Assembly: GCA_964016885.1 (NCBI GenBank)
Contig: OZ024762.1
Span: 28,148,001-28,212,000 of the forward strand
Source of the DNA: Eledone cirrhosa
Taxonomy: Eukaryota
Length of the DNA stretch: 64,000 nt
Direction: 5' to 3'
Position numbers and translations under genes: made by a program. Below the pieces are notes generated by a model. That model saw nothing but the letters and a program-made list of their open reading frames with translations. It was not told where the DNA came from and did not search any database. Shown here piece after piece: positions 25,942 through 37,889 of the stretch. Position 1 is the first letter of the stretch. Each line of letters opens with the position of its first letter.

Positions 25942-26312
25942 TATGACACACGACCGTGACCTTTGGTATCACACAGTAATACAGAGTACCCGACCTCCCA
26001 TGGGTACAAGCTGAAGCATATAGACAATATGCCCCCACACCCTCCCACTGCAAAGTGGTCGTGGAGGTGCCACGGCAAAAAAGCACCCAGCCCGCACTGT
26101 AAATTGGACGTGTAGGCGCCACGGAAAAAAAGCACCCAGCACTCACTCTAAATGAGGTTGGTGTTAGGAAGGGCATCCAGCTGTAGAAATCAAGCCAGAA
26201 TAAGTTCCTGTATGAGCAAGGCATGGTCAGCCGACCAGACACTGCCCACAACAGGACAACCCGTCTAACCCATGCTAGCATGGAAGAACGGACGTAAAAT
26301 GGTGATGATGAT
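25942..26312 (+). mobile_element. RTE LINE 3' UTR fragment
   Basis: Near-identical reverse complement of ~62160-62522. Confidence 0.8.
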
Positions 26313-26608
26313 TATATATATATATATATTATATATATATATTATATATATATATATTATATATATATATATTATATATATATATTATATATATATATAT
26401 ATTATATATATGTAGATAAATCTACCAAGAGTTTACGGTAGTGTCCAATCCGTATGAAGAACTCAATGTAATCCGGATATCATGGAAAGAAGAGATGCAA
26501 TGAAAAATCACTTTCGGTGAAAGATAAACGGAAAACAGAGTCAAGATAAAATATTAAAAAAATAATGAATAAAACAATGAAGCAGTTCCTTATATTAAAC
26601 AAAAAAAG

Positions 26609-26763
26609 TTCATTATTTAACGATCGTTTCTAGGATATATATGTGTTAGAATTGGCATGCATATTCAACAGATCTATGTACAAAATTATACAAAATTATA
26701 CAAACTATCAAAATTAAATATACATACCAAACACATATATATGCCGTCTTCAGAAATAATGAA
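26609..26763 (-). ncRNA. Type I hammerhead ribozyme motif with long stem II (left arm of foldback 2)
   Basis: Mirror of 27678-27832. Confidence 0.72.
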
Positions 26764-27677
26764 ATATATTTATTGATAATAACAACAATTCAAAATTAGA
26801 GGTCTGTTTGGGAACAGAGTTCAAATTGACCAATGAAAATACAAAAAGTTTATACAGTTAGGTGTGTGTATATATTCATATAAGTAACTTCGTTCACAGA
26901 TATGCATAAAGATATATGTTCACATGCATACGCTTGCCAAAAAGATGTATGTAAATACAAAAATTCAAGGCTAATGTCTCTGTATGTTTATAATCTACAG
27001 ATAAAATACGTACCCACATATATAAATATAAAATAAATATATACACACATTCATATACTCACACATATACGTACATTCACACACACACGCGTATACGCAA
27101 ACACATACACACAACCACGAACATACATACACACATACACCCCCACACACATATATGTGTGTATATACTATTATCATAAGCATATGGATATTAATGCGCG
27201 CACATAAACACTGCCACACACATTTAGATCCAGATACAGAAAGTAGGTGGGGGGGGGGAGAGGTCAGTATTCACCGGTGTCAGCAGACTGCCTATTTATA
27301 AATGTATCTATAAACTTAGAAATAAAAAGAAAAGAAAAAGAAAAAAGAAATATATCAAGAAAATATATATATATATGTGTGAGTATATGAATGTGTGTAT
27401 ATATTTATTTTATATTTATATATGTGGGTACGTATTTTATCTGTAGATTATAAACATACAGAGACATTAGCCTTGAATTTTTGTATTTACATACATCTTT
27501 TTGGCAAGCGTATGCATGTGAACATATATCTTTATGCATATCTGTGAACGAAGTTACTTATATGAATATATACACACACCTAACTGTATAAACTTTTTGT
27601 ATTTTCATTGGTCAATTTGAACTCTGTTCCCAAACAGACCTCTAATTTTGAATTGTTGTTATTATCAATAAATATAT

Positions 27678-27832
27678 TTCATTATTTCTGAAGACGGCAT
27701 ATATATGTGTTTGGTATGTATATTTAATTTTGATAGTTTGTATAATTTTGTATAATTTTGTACATAGATCTGTTGAATATGCATGCCAATTCTAACACAT
27801 ATATATCCTAGAAACGATCGTTAAATAATGAA
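27678..27832 (+). ncRNA. Type I hammerhead ribozyme motif with long stem II (right arm of foldback 2)
   Basis: 10-bp stem I TTCATTATTT/AAATAATGAA; CTGAAGA 27688-27694; ~115-nt stem II hairpin; GAAAC-GATC-GTT (palindromic stem III, GUU triplet). Confidence 0.72.
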
Positions 27833-28368
27833 CTTTTTTTGTTTAATATAAGGAACTGCTTCATTGTTTTATTCATTATTTTTTTAATATTTTATATTAT
27901 ATATATATATATTATATATATTATATATTATATATATATATATTATATATATTATATATATATGTGTATAAATGTAGGTATATGTATATTTAAAGTTTGA
28001 GTGACAAGCCCCCCAAGCCTCATTCAGTTACCATGTGGGCAGGAACTCATCAAATCGGACCAACGAAACAATGTTTCTATTGGTCTTTCCATTGCTGATA
28101 CCATCTACTGGTCGCAACTCCTGGCAAAAATAGTAACATGAAATAAAGTGTCTTGCTCAAGGACATAACACATCACCTGGTCCAGGAATCGAACTCCCAA
28201 TCTCATGTTTGTGAATCCTATTCCCTAACAACTATGCCACATGCCTTCAGTCATCATCATCATCATTTTACGTCTGCTTTTCCCTGCTTGCAAGGGTGGG
28301 ACGGTGCAGTGTATATATATATATTATTCAAAATGTTAATAAATGAAAAATATTCTCATAATCAAAAT

Positions 28369-28437
28369 ATATATTTTATTATACATATTTCAAAGGTACA
28401 ATGGTCTTTAAGTACGTTTTCATCAGACAAAATATAT
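28369..28437 (-). ncRNA. Minimal type I hammerhead ribozyme motif (left arm of foldback 3)
   Basis: 11-bp stem I AUAUAUUUUGU/AUAAAAUAUAU; CUGAUGA; stem II AAA-C-GUAC/GUAC-C-UUU; GAAA-U-AUGU-A-UA. Confidence 0.75.
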
Positions 28438-29809
28438 GATTTGATATGTGACATTCCACTACGGTTTTGATTATTCAATTCCAGTATTGGCAGTGATTTA
28501 TTTCATCAAATCTCAACGTTTTTATACCACAAATAATATGATAAACTTAAAGAAGAAAAGAAAGTAGAGCAAGTTAGAAATATAGGAGGGGGATGCAAAG
28601 AAGAGGAAAAGGCAAGAAATAAACAAATAAATAAATGAATGAATAAATGAATAAATAAATAAATAAATGGATGAATGAATTAAAAAAATAATATAAAAGA
28701 AAAGAGGAATAAAAACAAAAGAGAGGGAAGATGTGGGGAGAGTAAAGAGAAAACAGGGGAATAAAGAAAAACGAAGAAAAAGAAAATATGAAATAGAGGG
28801 GAATAAAAAACCGTTGTATTCAAATGCTAGATAAAATAAGAAATCAAAAATCTATTCACAAATATGAAATATGAAATTTAATAATACATAGACTATCATT
28901 AAAAGGAAACTATATATCAGAACAATTAAATACAGAAGTAAATATAACCATTCATTAAATAAAATGAAATACAATTATAGAGAGTAAATATAACCACAGT
29001 TGGATTCTTAGAAATAAATGAAAATTAAAGAATAAAGCTTTCATAAAGCGAATTTCTAAATTAATTTGGATAATAAATGAACAAAATATATTATATGTAT
29101 TGATGGGGATATATGCATGGTATTATATTTTAATATATATTTAATAATTATTTAAATACGCTTTAAAGATTAATTCTTTTAAAGTTGTAGTAAAATATTA
29201 ATAGAATATCTTACCTTAAAATTAGAAATTATAATAATCTATAATGAGCTAAATTTAATTATATAAATTTGTAATTAACTTAAATATTTGATTGCTATAG
29301 AAAGTAATCTATACCTAATAATCTAGATATAATATAAAAGTATAATTAGCTAAAGCATAATCCAATACAAGCGATATTCATTGATATTTGTGAATAGATT
29401 TTTGATTTCTTATTTTATCTAGCATTTGAATACGTTTTTTTATTCCCCTCTATTTCATATTTTCTTTTTCTTCGTTTTTCTTTATTCCCCTTTGTTTTCT
29501 CTTTACTCTCCCCACATCTTCCCTCTCTTTTGTTTTTATTCCTCTTTTCTTTTATATATATTTTTTTCTTTTTATTCATTCATCCATTTATTTATTTATT
29601 TATTCATTCATTTATTTATTTATTTGTTTATTTCTTGCCTTTTCCTCTTCTTTGCATCCCCCTCCTATATTTCTAACTTGCTCTACTTTCTTTTCTTTAA
29701 GTTTATAATATTATTTGTGGTATAAAACCGTTGAGATTTGATGAAATAAATCACTGCCAATACTGGAATTGAATAATCAAAACCGTAGTGGAATGTCACA
29801 TATCAAATC

Positions 29810-29875
29810 ATATATTTTGTCTGATGAAAACGTACTTAAAGACCATTGTACCTTTGAAATATGTATAAAATATAT
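29810..29875 (+). ncRNA. Hammerhead motif, right arm of foldback 3 (3-nt deletion at cleavage site/stem I)
   Basis: CTGATGA 29821-29827, GAAA 29856-29859; one ATA missing relative to the left arm. Confidence 0.6.
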
Positions 29876-30231
29876 ATTTTGATTATAAGAATATTTTTCA
29901 TTTTTTAACATTTTGAATAATATTAAACACTTCAGGAAAATCCACTGTTGAGTGCTTCTAATCTATTGTCATATTGTATTCGTTGAGTAATCAACGAACC
30001 ATATTAATCTTTGGTTATATATATATTATAAAAAAGAAGAGATAATATTACGTATACTCTTCTCTGTTTATTACATCATCCTGTTATGCACATTTCAAAG
30101 ACATGAAAGTGGTTGTATAATAATTCTTTGACAAGTATAATAATTCTTCAGACAAGTATTGAGGTGTAATATTGTTTGTTTTAGATATGCTCGCCATTAT
30201 ATTTATATATATACTTATATATATATACATA

Positions 30232-30311
30232 CAGGGTGTTCCCCCAAAATGCATACATATATTTATTAGAATGCTGTTGAAGAATGTATACATTTTTTGG
30301 GGGACTCCCTG
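30232..30311. mobile_element. 80-bp Tc1/mariner-type MITE (related copy ~33121-33201)
   Basis: TA-CAGGGTGTTCCCCCAAAA ... TTTTGGGGGACTCCCTG-TA. Confidence 0.7.
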
Positions 30312-30720
30312 TATATATATATTACATTTAAGGTTATAGATGTCCTGTTGAGATAATCTCGAAGATGTCTAGTCTCCAAAAATAAGTTCCTAGAAAAAAT
30401 TCAAAGAATAAACTTGCAAAATACTAAATGACATATACACACACATAAATATCCAATGATATAAATGTATAATAGGACAATCAAACTTTTACAATAGTCA
30501 ATCTGTATAGAATGTCCATTACATAGTCCATTACAGTATCATTTTTTTTAACAAAAATTTAAAACAGATACCTGATAAAAATGATATCTCCCTCATATGT
30601 ATCCTTCACAAAACATGAACACATTTCAACAAATATCGGTGAAATCAGATGATCTAATATATATATTTATATATGTCTATAAATATATTTATATACCCGT
30701 GAATGTATTTTATTTACTAG

Positions 30721-30880
30721 TTATGAATTCTTCAATGACCTCTATCACCGATTTTTGCTGACCACCAAAGTCCCAATGAAGTGCATGTGTTTACAGGCAA
30801 TGGCAATAGTATATGGTAAATGCCACCAAGAAATCGGCCCTTTCAATGACACTCGTTATATTATTGGCATGCTGGAGAGA
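30721..30880 (+). CDS. DNAJC13: DNAJC13 exon 14: [32 protein letters not shown]...IIGMLER
   Basis: tactag / gtaagt; conserved peptide. Confidence 0.95.
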
Positions 30881-31939
30881 GTAAGTATACACCTCACTCT
30901 TCTTCTTATCCACCTTTCTTTCTTCTTCTGTGCCCACTTATTCCTAGGAGGGTTGTAGGGACAGAGTTTTCAAACACTCTTTCCAGGGAGTCCTTTCAGA
31001 ATCAACCATCTCCAATTGATTTGGCTGGACTGGATATCCAAGTGAGACCAGCCAAGCTCATGGATGTTATCTAACTATCTTCCTTGGGATCTACCCTGAG
31101 ACATTCTAACTTCATGTCCATAGTATCAGAGCTGTGATCTCTTAATTTGGAGAAGTAGCGAGTGGCTCTACCTAGAGAAAATCTCTGATCACCGAGATAT
31201 GCTCTATCGAGTAACATTACTCAAAAGATCCTTCAGAGGAATCCCATTTCAGCTGCTTGTATTCGCAATCGTATTCTTTCTGTCATTACCCAAATTTAAC
31301 CCTTTTATTGTCATATATCTAATGAAAAACACTGCCTATATTTTCTAAATCATTTTGAAAATAATTAAGAATTTGGAAGGATTTAGTAACATAACTAACT
31401 TAATATTAATCTGGTGTTTGGGGCATAACTTAAAGGTTCTTACATAAAATTGTGATGTAAGGTTTTTAGATAATTCATCATCATCATCTAACTGCCATTT
31501 TTCCTTGCATGCATGGGTTAGACGAGTTGTTCCATTGTAAAACAAACCAAATCAGATGACCATGTCTTGGTCACACAGAACTGTTTCTGGCTTGGTTTCT
31601 ATGGCTGGATGCCCTTCCTAACACCAACCACATATATACTTAAACCCTTTTGGCATCATATTTCTCATAAGATACTGCCCATGATTTTGAAAATAATTTA
31701 TAATTTCAAGGGTTTTAGTAATATAACTTTCTCACTATCAATCTCAACAAAGGTTAAGTTTTCTTTTTTTTAATTCTTTCTCCTCAATTCTTCTTTTCCC
31801 TTCATTTTCTATTTTTTTCTTCTTTCCTTCTTTTAAGTGTAAACTTTCCCCCTGTTGCCACCAGGGGTTACAGTTCCCTCTCCAAACATACATTGGGACA
31901 GGAATGGCTAATTTCTCAGATTTTTTCATGTATTTTCAG

Positions 31940-32002
31940 TGTACAGACCGACTAGAAAGGGATCGATTGATTCTGTTCCTTAATAAACTAATACTACACA
32001 CG
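31940..32002 (+). CDS. DNAJC13: DNAJC13 exon 15: CTDRLERDRLILFLNKLILHT
   Basis: tttcag / gtaagt; conserved peptide. Confidence 0.95.
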
Positions 32003-32049
32003 GTAAGTATTGTTTTTGTCTTGAAAGATACCCAGTATATATATCTTAT

Positions 32050-32700
32050 TAATCATAGTGCTGGTGCTACAGTAAAATACACCCAGTACACTCTGTAAAA
32101 TGGTTGACAATCAAATATTTAGTCTTGTTGAGGACAAGACAACCTCTCTAGTGTTAGTACCACAATAAAATGCACCCAGTACACTCTGTCAAATGGAGAG
32201 AACACAGAAAGGTCTCTTTAGTTTTGTTGAGGACAAAATGACCTTTCTAGTGTTGGTGCCATAGTAACATACACCCAGTACACTCTGTAAAATGGTTGAC
32301 AATGGAATGGAGAACATAAAGAGGCCTCTTTCGTCCTTGTTGACAACACAACCTCCTTAGTGTTGGAACCACAATAAAATACACCCAGTACACTCTGTAA
32401 AATGGCTGACAATGGAATGGTGAGAATGTAAAGAGGTCTCTTTAGTTTTGTTGAGGACAACCTCCCTAGTGTTGGTACCACAATGAAATACACTCTGTAA
32501 AGTGGTTAGCAATCAAACATAGACAATATAGAGTGGAGATGACTCCTTAGTTTTGTTGAGGCCACAACCTCTCTATTGTTAGTACAATAGTAAAATACAC
32601 TCAGTACACTCTGTAAAGTGCTTGACAATCAAATGGTGACAATGTCAAGTAGAAATGTTCCTTTAGTCTTGTCAAGGATATGACATCTCAAGTAAACTCT
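32050..32700. repeat. Degenerate ~115-125 bp tandem repeat
   Basis: Recurrent AAATACACCCAGTACACTCTGTAAAATGG and GTTGAGGACAA...CTAGTGTTGGT blocks. Confidence 0.75.
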
Positions 32701-32811
32701 GACAAGCATTTTGGGTAGGTCTGAAGCTAACATACATCCTTCCTCCTACCTCTCTCACAGCTCCCTAAAAAGGATCAGGGCATTACTATTTCTCTTCCCA
32801 GTCATCAAACA

Positions 32812-33108
32812 CAGAGATCCCCAGCCACTGGGCCACAGACTGGTACCGGTCTGTGGATCACTTGCTACCAGGCCACAAAGAAATAATTAACTTGTTTAAA
32901 ATTATATAATAGATAAATTGAATATTGGACTTTAGTTTTAAAAGATTTGTTTAAATATTCAATATTCATCTACTTTAATAAATTGCTCTTTTTATTATTG
33001 CTCCCTTTATTGAAATACACTTAAATAACACATGTGCAACGACTGGCCCGCGGAAAGATTCTCCAGCATGAAGCTAATCTATGGTATAAAAAAAGTTGGA
33101 GACCACTG
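32812..33108. mobile_element. hAT-type MITE
   Basis: CAGAGATCCCCAGC ... GTTGGAGACCACTG termini; 8-bp TSD ATCAAACA/ATTAAACA. Confidence 0.7.
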
Positions 33109-33497
33109 ATTAAACATATACGGTGTCCCCTGCCCAAAAATGTATAGGCAATATTTATTAGAATGCTGTTGAAGTGTGTATATATTTTTTGGGGACACCC
33201 TATATATACTGGGTCAAGTTAGTACAGGGTTTGGGTCGGAAGTAGTTATTAAAGGTTGTGCTGGTTATGTGTGACTTTCATGTCAGTTATGTAATAGGGT
33301 GGTAGTCGCTGCAGAATATTGTTATACAGAAACTACATAATATGACAGATGTAGCCTGATGTCTGTCACCCACATACCAATAACTGTATTCTCGGGAGGG
33401 TTGGGACATTTGTTGAATAGTTTTAACTGTTCCACTGACTTTCTTCTGACATAAATGTTTATTTGTCTTTATTATTATTTTTACGGTTTTATTTCAG

Positions 33498-33599
33498 AAA
33501 AATATCAAAGAAATCCTTGATTCAAACGGAATTAAAATCCTCGTAGATTTGCTAACATTAGCACATCTACACACCAACAGAGCAGTTGTTCCCTTACAG
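33498..33599 (+). CDS. DNAJC13: DNAJC13 exon 16: [34 protein letters not shown]
   Basis: tttcag / gtaagg; conserved [11 protein letters not shown]. Confidence 0.95.
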
Positions 33600-33659
33600 G
33601 TAAGGGCTGGGGAATTTATGGGTTTATTTAATGATGAATTGTTTGTTATTGTTTTTCAG

Positions 33660-34140
33660 CAGGAGTGCCATCCCAGGGGCTTTAGAGTAACATTACTTAA
33701 TAAAATGCATAGCTTGGAGATCACAGAGTCACTCCAGGTAGAGCCGCTACTTCTCCGAATTGAGAGATCACAGCTCCGACATTATTGGCATGTGGTTAGA
33801 ATGTCTCAGGAAAGAATCACTGGACTGATTTGTAGCTCGGAGATCAGAGAGTCACTCCAGGTAGAGATGCTACTTCTCCAAATTCAGAGATCACAGCTCC
33901 GATACTACGGGCATGTTTCCGGAAAGAATCGCTGGACAGATTTTATGGGCAAAACAAACTGGTAAGAGACCCAGGGGTAGACTCCAAGCAAGATGGTTGG
34001 ATAACATCCATGAGCTTGGTTGGTCTTGCTTGGGGATCCAGCTGATCAGTTGGAGATGGTTGCTTCTGACAGGACCCGCTGGAGGGAGCGTTTGAGGACT
34101 CTTCCCCCACGACCCTCTCAGGAATAAGTGGGTGAAGAAG
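33660..34140 (+). mobile_element. RTE LINE 3' fragment with internal tandem duplication (related minus copy ~30925-31290)
   Basis: [18 protein letters not shown] appears twice; [14 protein letters not shown]. Confidence 0.75.
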
Positions 34141-34409
34141 TACACTGACATGTGTATCCTGAACATACTTCTCAAGGAGATTCAGCATAACACAGGGTGG
34201 GATAAGGTTGACACAGTACATTAACATGCAGTAATGATTTAACAGAAAATATCTAAAAACGAATTTGTAAATTCAAATGTTTATAGTATCTTTACTAGTG
34301 GATAGAGAACATTTGCAGTATTAGAGTAAAGACTTTAATTTTTAATGTGATGCAGTTAAAGTGATATTTTGTACTTTTCAAGAATATCTTGTTAATGTGG
34401 TTTCATATA

Positions 34410-37121
34410 CCGTATATACTCGTGTATAGGTCGCACATTTTTAACGATAAATAAGTATAAATTTTTGGGGTGCGACCTGTCTGATCGACATCAGACTGAC
34501 CAATGATTTTTCATAGACTTAATCAACGATGGGTATTTATAAAAATAACTTTGTTAATATTTTTTATTATTTAACATAATAATTTCATATATCTACCTTC
34601 TTATACATATATTTCTTGATTTTAAATTTTTTACTAAAACTTCGTAGTGTTTGTTTTTTTCTATCTGACTGAACCATCCGTCATTAAAATCCATAGAAAT
34701 GCATACCCGGTATTTAAAATGTGATTTCATTGTCTTAGAGTTGCTATGAACACGTATTGTGACGTATTTACTTTAACAGGAAACAGATTATTGCACGTGG
34801 CCTTTCTTTTCAAAATTAGCAAGTGAGAAAAGTTGATAGTTGAAATTTTTTTATAATTCACTGAGAAATATGAATTCTGGTAAGAGAAAAAGTTATCAAA
34901 CAGTTTTCAAGTTAAAGGTGGTTGGTTATGCAGAGGAATTTGGAAATAGATCAGTAGAAAGGGAGTTTGGAGTGTCAGAAAAGGTGGTGAAAGGTTGGAG
35001 GAAACAAAAAGACAAGCTGGGAGAAATGCCTAAATCAAAGAGAGCAGCAAGGTTTGGAGTATCACCATATCAAGATCTTGAAAAAGAGCTAAATGATTGG
35101 GTTTTAGATATCAGGGAAAATGGACACATTGTTACAAGACTTTCTATAAGAACGAAAGCCCTTCAACTTGCACCAAAGTACCACTTATTCCAATTTAAAT
35201 CGTCAGCAGGGTGGTGCACCAGGGTTATGAATAGGTTTGGACTGACTCTTCGCCAAAAGACACATATTGCACAAAAGCTGCCAAAAGATATTGATGACAA
35301 AGTACACAATTTTGTAAAATTTGTTTGATTTTGCTATGGAGAATATAGCCAACATGGATGAAACACCCATGTACTTTGACATGCCAGACAACACAACTGT
35401 GGATAGTGTAGGTAACAAAACAGGTCATGAAAAACATTTTACTGTTGTCATGAAAAACATTTTACTGTTGTTCTAGCATTTTACAGGTCATGAAAAACAT
35501 TTTACTGTTGTTCTAGCATTTTACAGGTCATGAAAAACATTTTACTGTTGTTCTAGCATGCCAGGCTGATGGAACAAAACTTCGCCCTATGGTTATTTTT
35601 AAAAGGAAAATTATGCCGAAAGAGAATTTTCCAAGCGATGTGATTGTGAAGGTACATCCGAAGGGCTGGATGGACGAGAACTTAACAAAGTTATGGCTTG
35701 ATGAAGTGTGGATGAAAAAGCCAGGGGCATTACTGAAGCCACGAAGTTTGCTAGTTTGGGATATGTTTCGATCTCACTGCTGTGAGTCTGTAAAGGATAA
35801 GCTGAAGGATTGTAAAACAAGACGAGCAGTGATTCCTGGTGGTTGCACCTCGGTCTTACAACCCCTTCATGTGGCAATAAATAAGCCCTTCAAGACTGGA
35901 CTTCTGGATGATATCAGGTGAAAAAGAAATTACCAAAGGTGGATCATTGAAAAGACCTGGCTTGAGATTAGTGGTGGAGTGGGTGAAGGAGGCTTGGGAA
36001 AGTATCCCTGAAGAGCTAATAATGAAGGCTTTCAAAAAAATGTGGCATATCAAATGCGATGGTCAGGACTGAAGATGATGTGTTATATGAGGGTTTAGTT
36101 GGTGAAAAGACGGAAAATGCAGAGAGTGATGAGGGAGATGATATTGAAGAATGTGAAGATGAATTGAATGACTATTATAACGAATGCACAATTACAGATG
36201 GAGAAATGAAAAAACTATTTAATTAACAGGTGTAAAAGTAATAACTTTATGGATAAACACAAAAATTTAAACTTTATCTGCCTTACCTGTTAGATTTGTT
36301 GCAAAAAAATTCAATAATGACCTAGATGTTGACTTCCATCAATTCTAGCAGTTTTTCGAACAGGTGAATTAATTAAAAATGCAGATATAATCAGTACAAG
36401 GTTTTAGTCTTTCTCTACATTCCAGGCAAATATTTTCATTGAAAAAAAATGTATAAAACCTTTTCACCAGTCAAAATAATATTTGCAATGTACGGTGTAA
36501 ATTTACGTAACAGAATGTTCCCAATATATAAGTTAATTAACAGGTGTGAACATGTATTGGTGTTGTATCTTTCAACCACGTTGCTGTAATATTTTCAATG
36601 GTGTCCGTCAGATTTTCGCTTTCACTTTCAAAGTAACTATCATCGTCAGAAATAAATACGTCTGATTCATTTGAAGATAAATCACTAATATTATCTTGCG
36701 TTTCTTTTTCATTTCGAATGTCGTCGTATGTAAAACCTTCAAAGTCGGTATTCGCTACTTTGGGAAGCCATGTTGATACGCTAAAAATCTGTTATACTTT
36801 TAACGTTAAAAAACAGGTGTTATTTCAAGTTGTTTCACTATATTAAGAGTTAATTTTCTCGCTTAAAGGCTTTATCTCGCAGTAATCTCAAATTGATGAG
36901 ATTTCGATGACGTTAATGTTTATTTTATAAATAAAACATGGTTTGGAGTATATATCGCAACGGCGAAGTAATGGAAAGCTAACAGATTATTAGCTTCAAT
37001 TATCATAAACAATAGTAGTTTGACGGCCCAAATTTCAGTGCGACCTATCTGCGAGTCAATGGCAAATAGCCTATTTGTTAAATGAAAAGTGGGTATGCGA
37101 CCTATACGCGAGTATATACGG
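34410..37121 (+). mobile_element. pogo-family DNA transposon, full-length but decayed
   Basis: TIRs CCGTATATACTCG(T/C)GTATAGGTCGCA; TA TSD; BrkDBD/CENP-B HTH (34840-35328), NMDETP, GWMD, LLVWD, IPGGCTSVLQPL (DDE_1). Confidence 0.92.
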
Positions 37122-37326
37122 TAGTTTAAATAAAATGTTTATAGTATCTTTATTAGTGGTCAGATTGTTATTAAAATTTGCAGTATTAGAGTAAAGACTT
37201 CAATTTTTAATGTGATGCAGTTAGTGTTGTTTTGTACTTTTTAAGTGTTGTTAGATAGTAAATTTCTTTTATTTGTAAATTATTGTAGTGTTAATCAACA
37301 AGTAGTTATATAATGAAGACATTTAA

Positions 37327-37752
37327 CCCTTTAACATTTACATTACTCTATATATACTATTATATTTTTATGGTATAGGCTTTATCTCAAATAATATTGA
37401 ATCTACGAGATTTTGATGTTATTCGTTTTGAGAACAATACCTTAACATTTAAACTGGCTGTATTCAGCCAGAATTCTTTCACCTTTTTCTCTTCAAACCG
37501 GCCATAGCTGGCTGTTCATACTGATGTTAAGGTATTGTTCTCAAAATAAATAACATCAAAATCTCGTAGATTCGATATTATGTGAGATAATTATGTAAGA
37601 TAAAGACTTTACCACAAAAATACAATAGTATATATAGAGTAATGTAAAGGCTTTAGGGTAAAAGGTCAGTATGAGTGGCCAGTTACAGCTGGTTTGAACA
37701 GAAAGGGGTGAGAGAATTCTGGCCGGATAGAGCTGGTTTAAATGCAAAAGGG
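37327..37752. mobile_element. piggyBac-type MITE (compound)
   Basis: TTAA-CCCTTT ... AAAGGG-TTAA; body matches the 22245 family. Confidence 0.75.
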
Positions 37753-37784
37753 TTAATGTCATTGTGATTGTTGTTTTATTCCAG

Positions 37785-37889
37785 AGTAATCTCCTTGAAG
37801 CTGGCGTTGATATGAAGCGAGAAAGTGAAAAAGAATGGTACTATGGGAATGCTGACAAAGAACGTTTGGGACCATATAGCTATGAAGAG
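37785..37889 (+). CDS. DNAJC13: DNAJC13 exon 17: [35 protein letters not shown] (GYF_2 start)
   Basis: ttccag / gtgagt; conserved [15 protein letters not shown]. Confidence 0.95.

Larger units (their letters stand above)
26412..27895. mobile_element. Foldback element 2: tail 26412-26545, arms 26546-27069 / 27372-27895
   Basis: Arms are essentially exact reverse complements; TA-rich flanks; hammerhead in each arm. Confidence 0.88.
28321..30015. mobile_element. Foldback element 3: arms 28321-28865 / 29384-29923, ~520 bp spacer, tail 29924-30015
   Basis: Arms are reverse complements with scattered mismatches; (TA)n flanks; hammerhead in each arm. Confidence 0.88.

Noticed and set aside
30346-30375. 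CTGTTGAGATAATCTCGAAG as a hammerhead
   Set aside because: Both core motifs deviate and no stem I or III is evident
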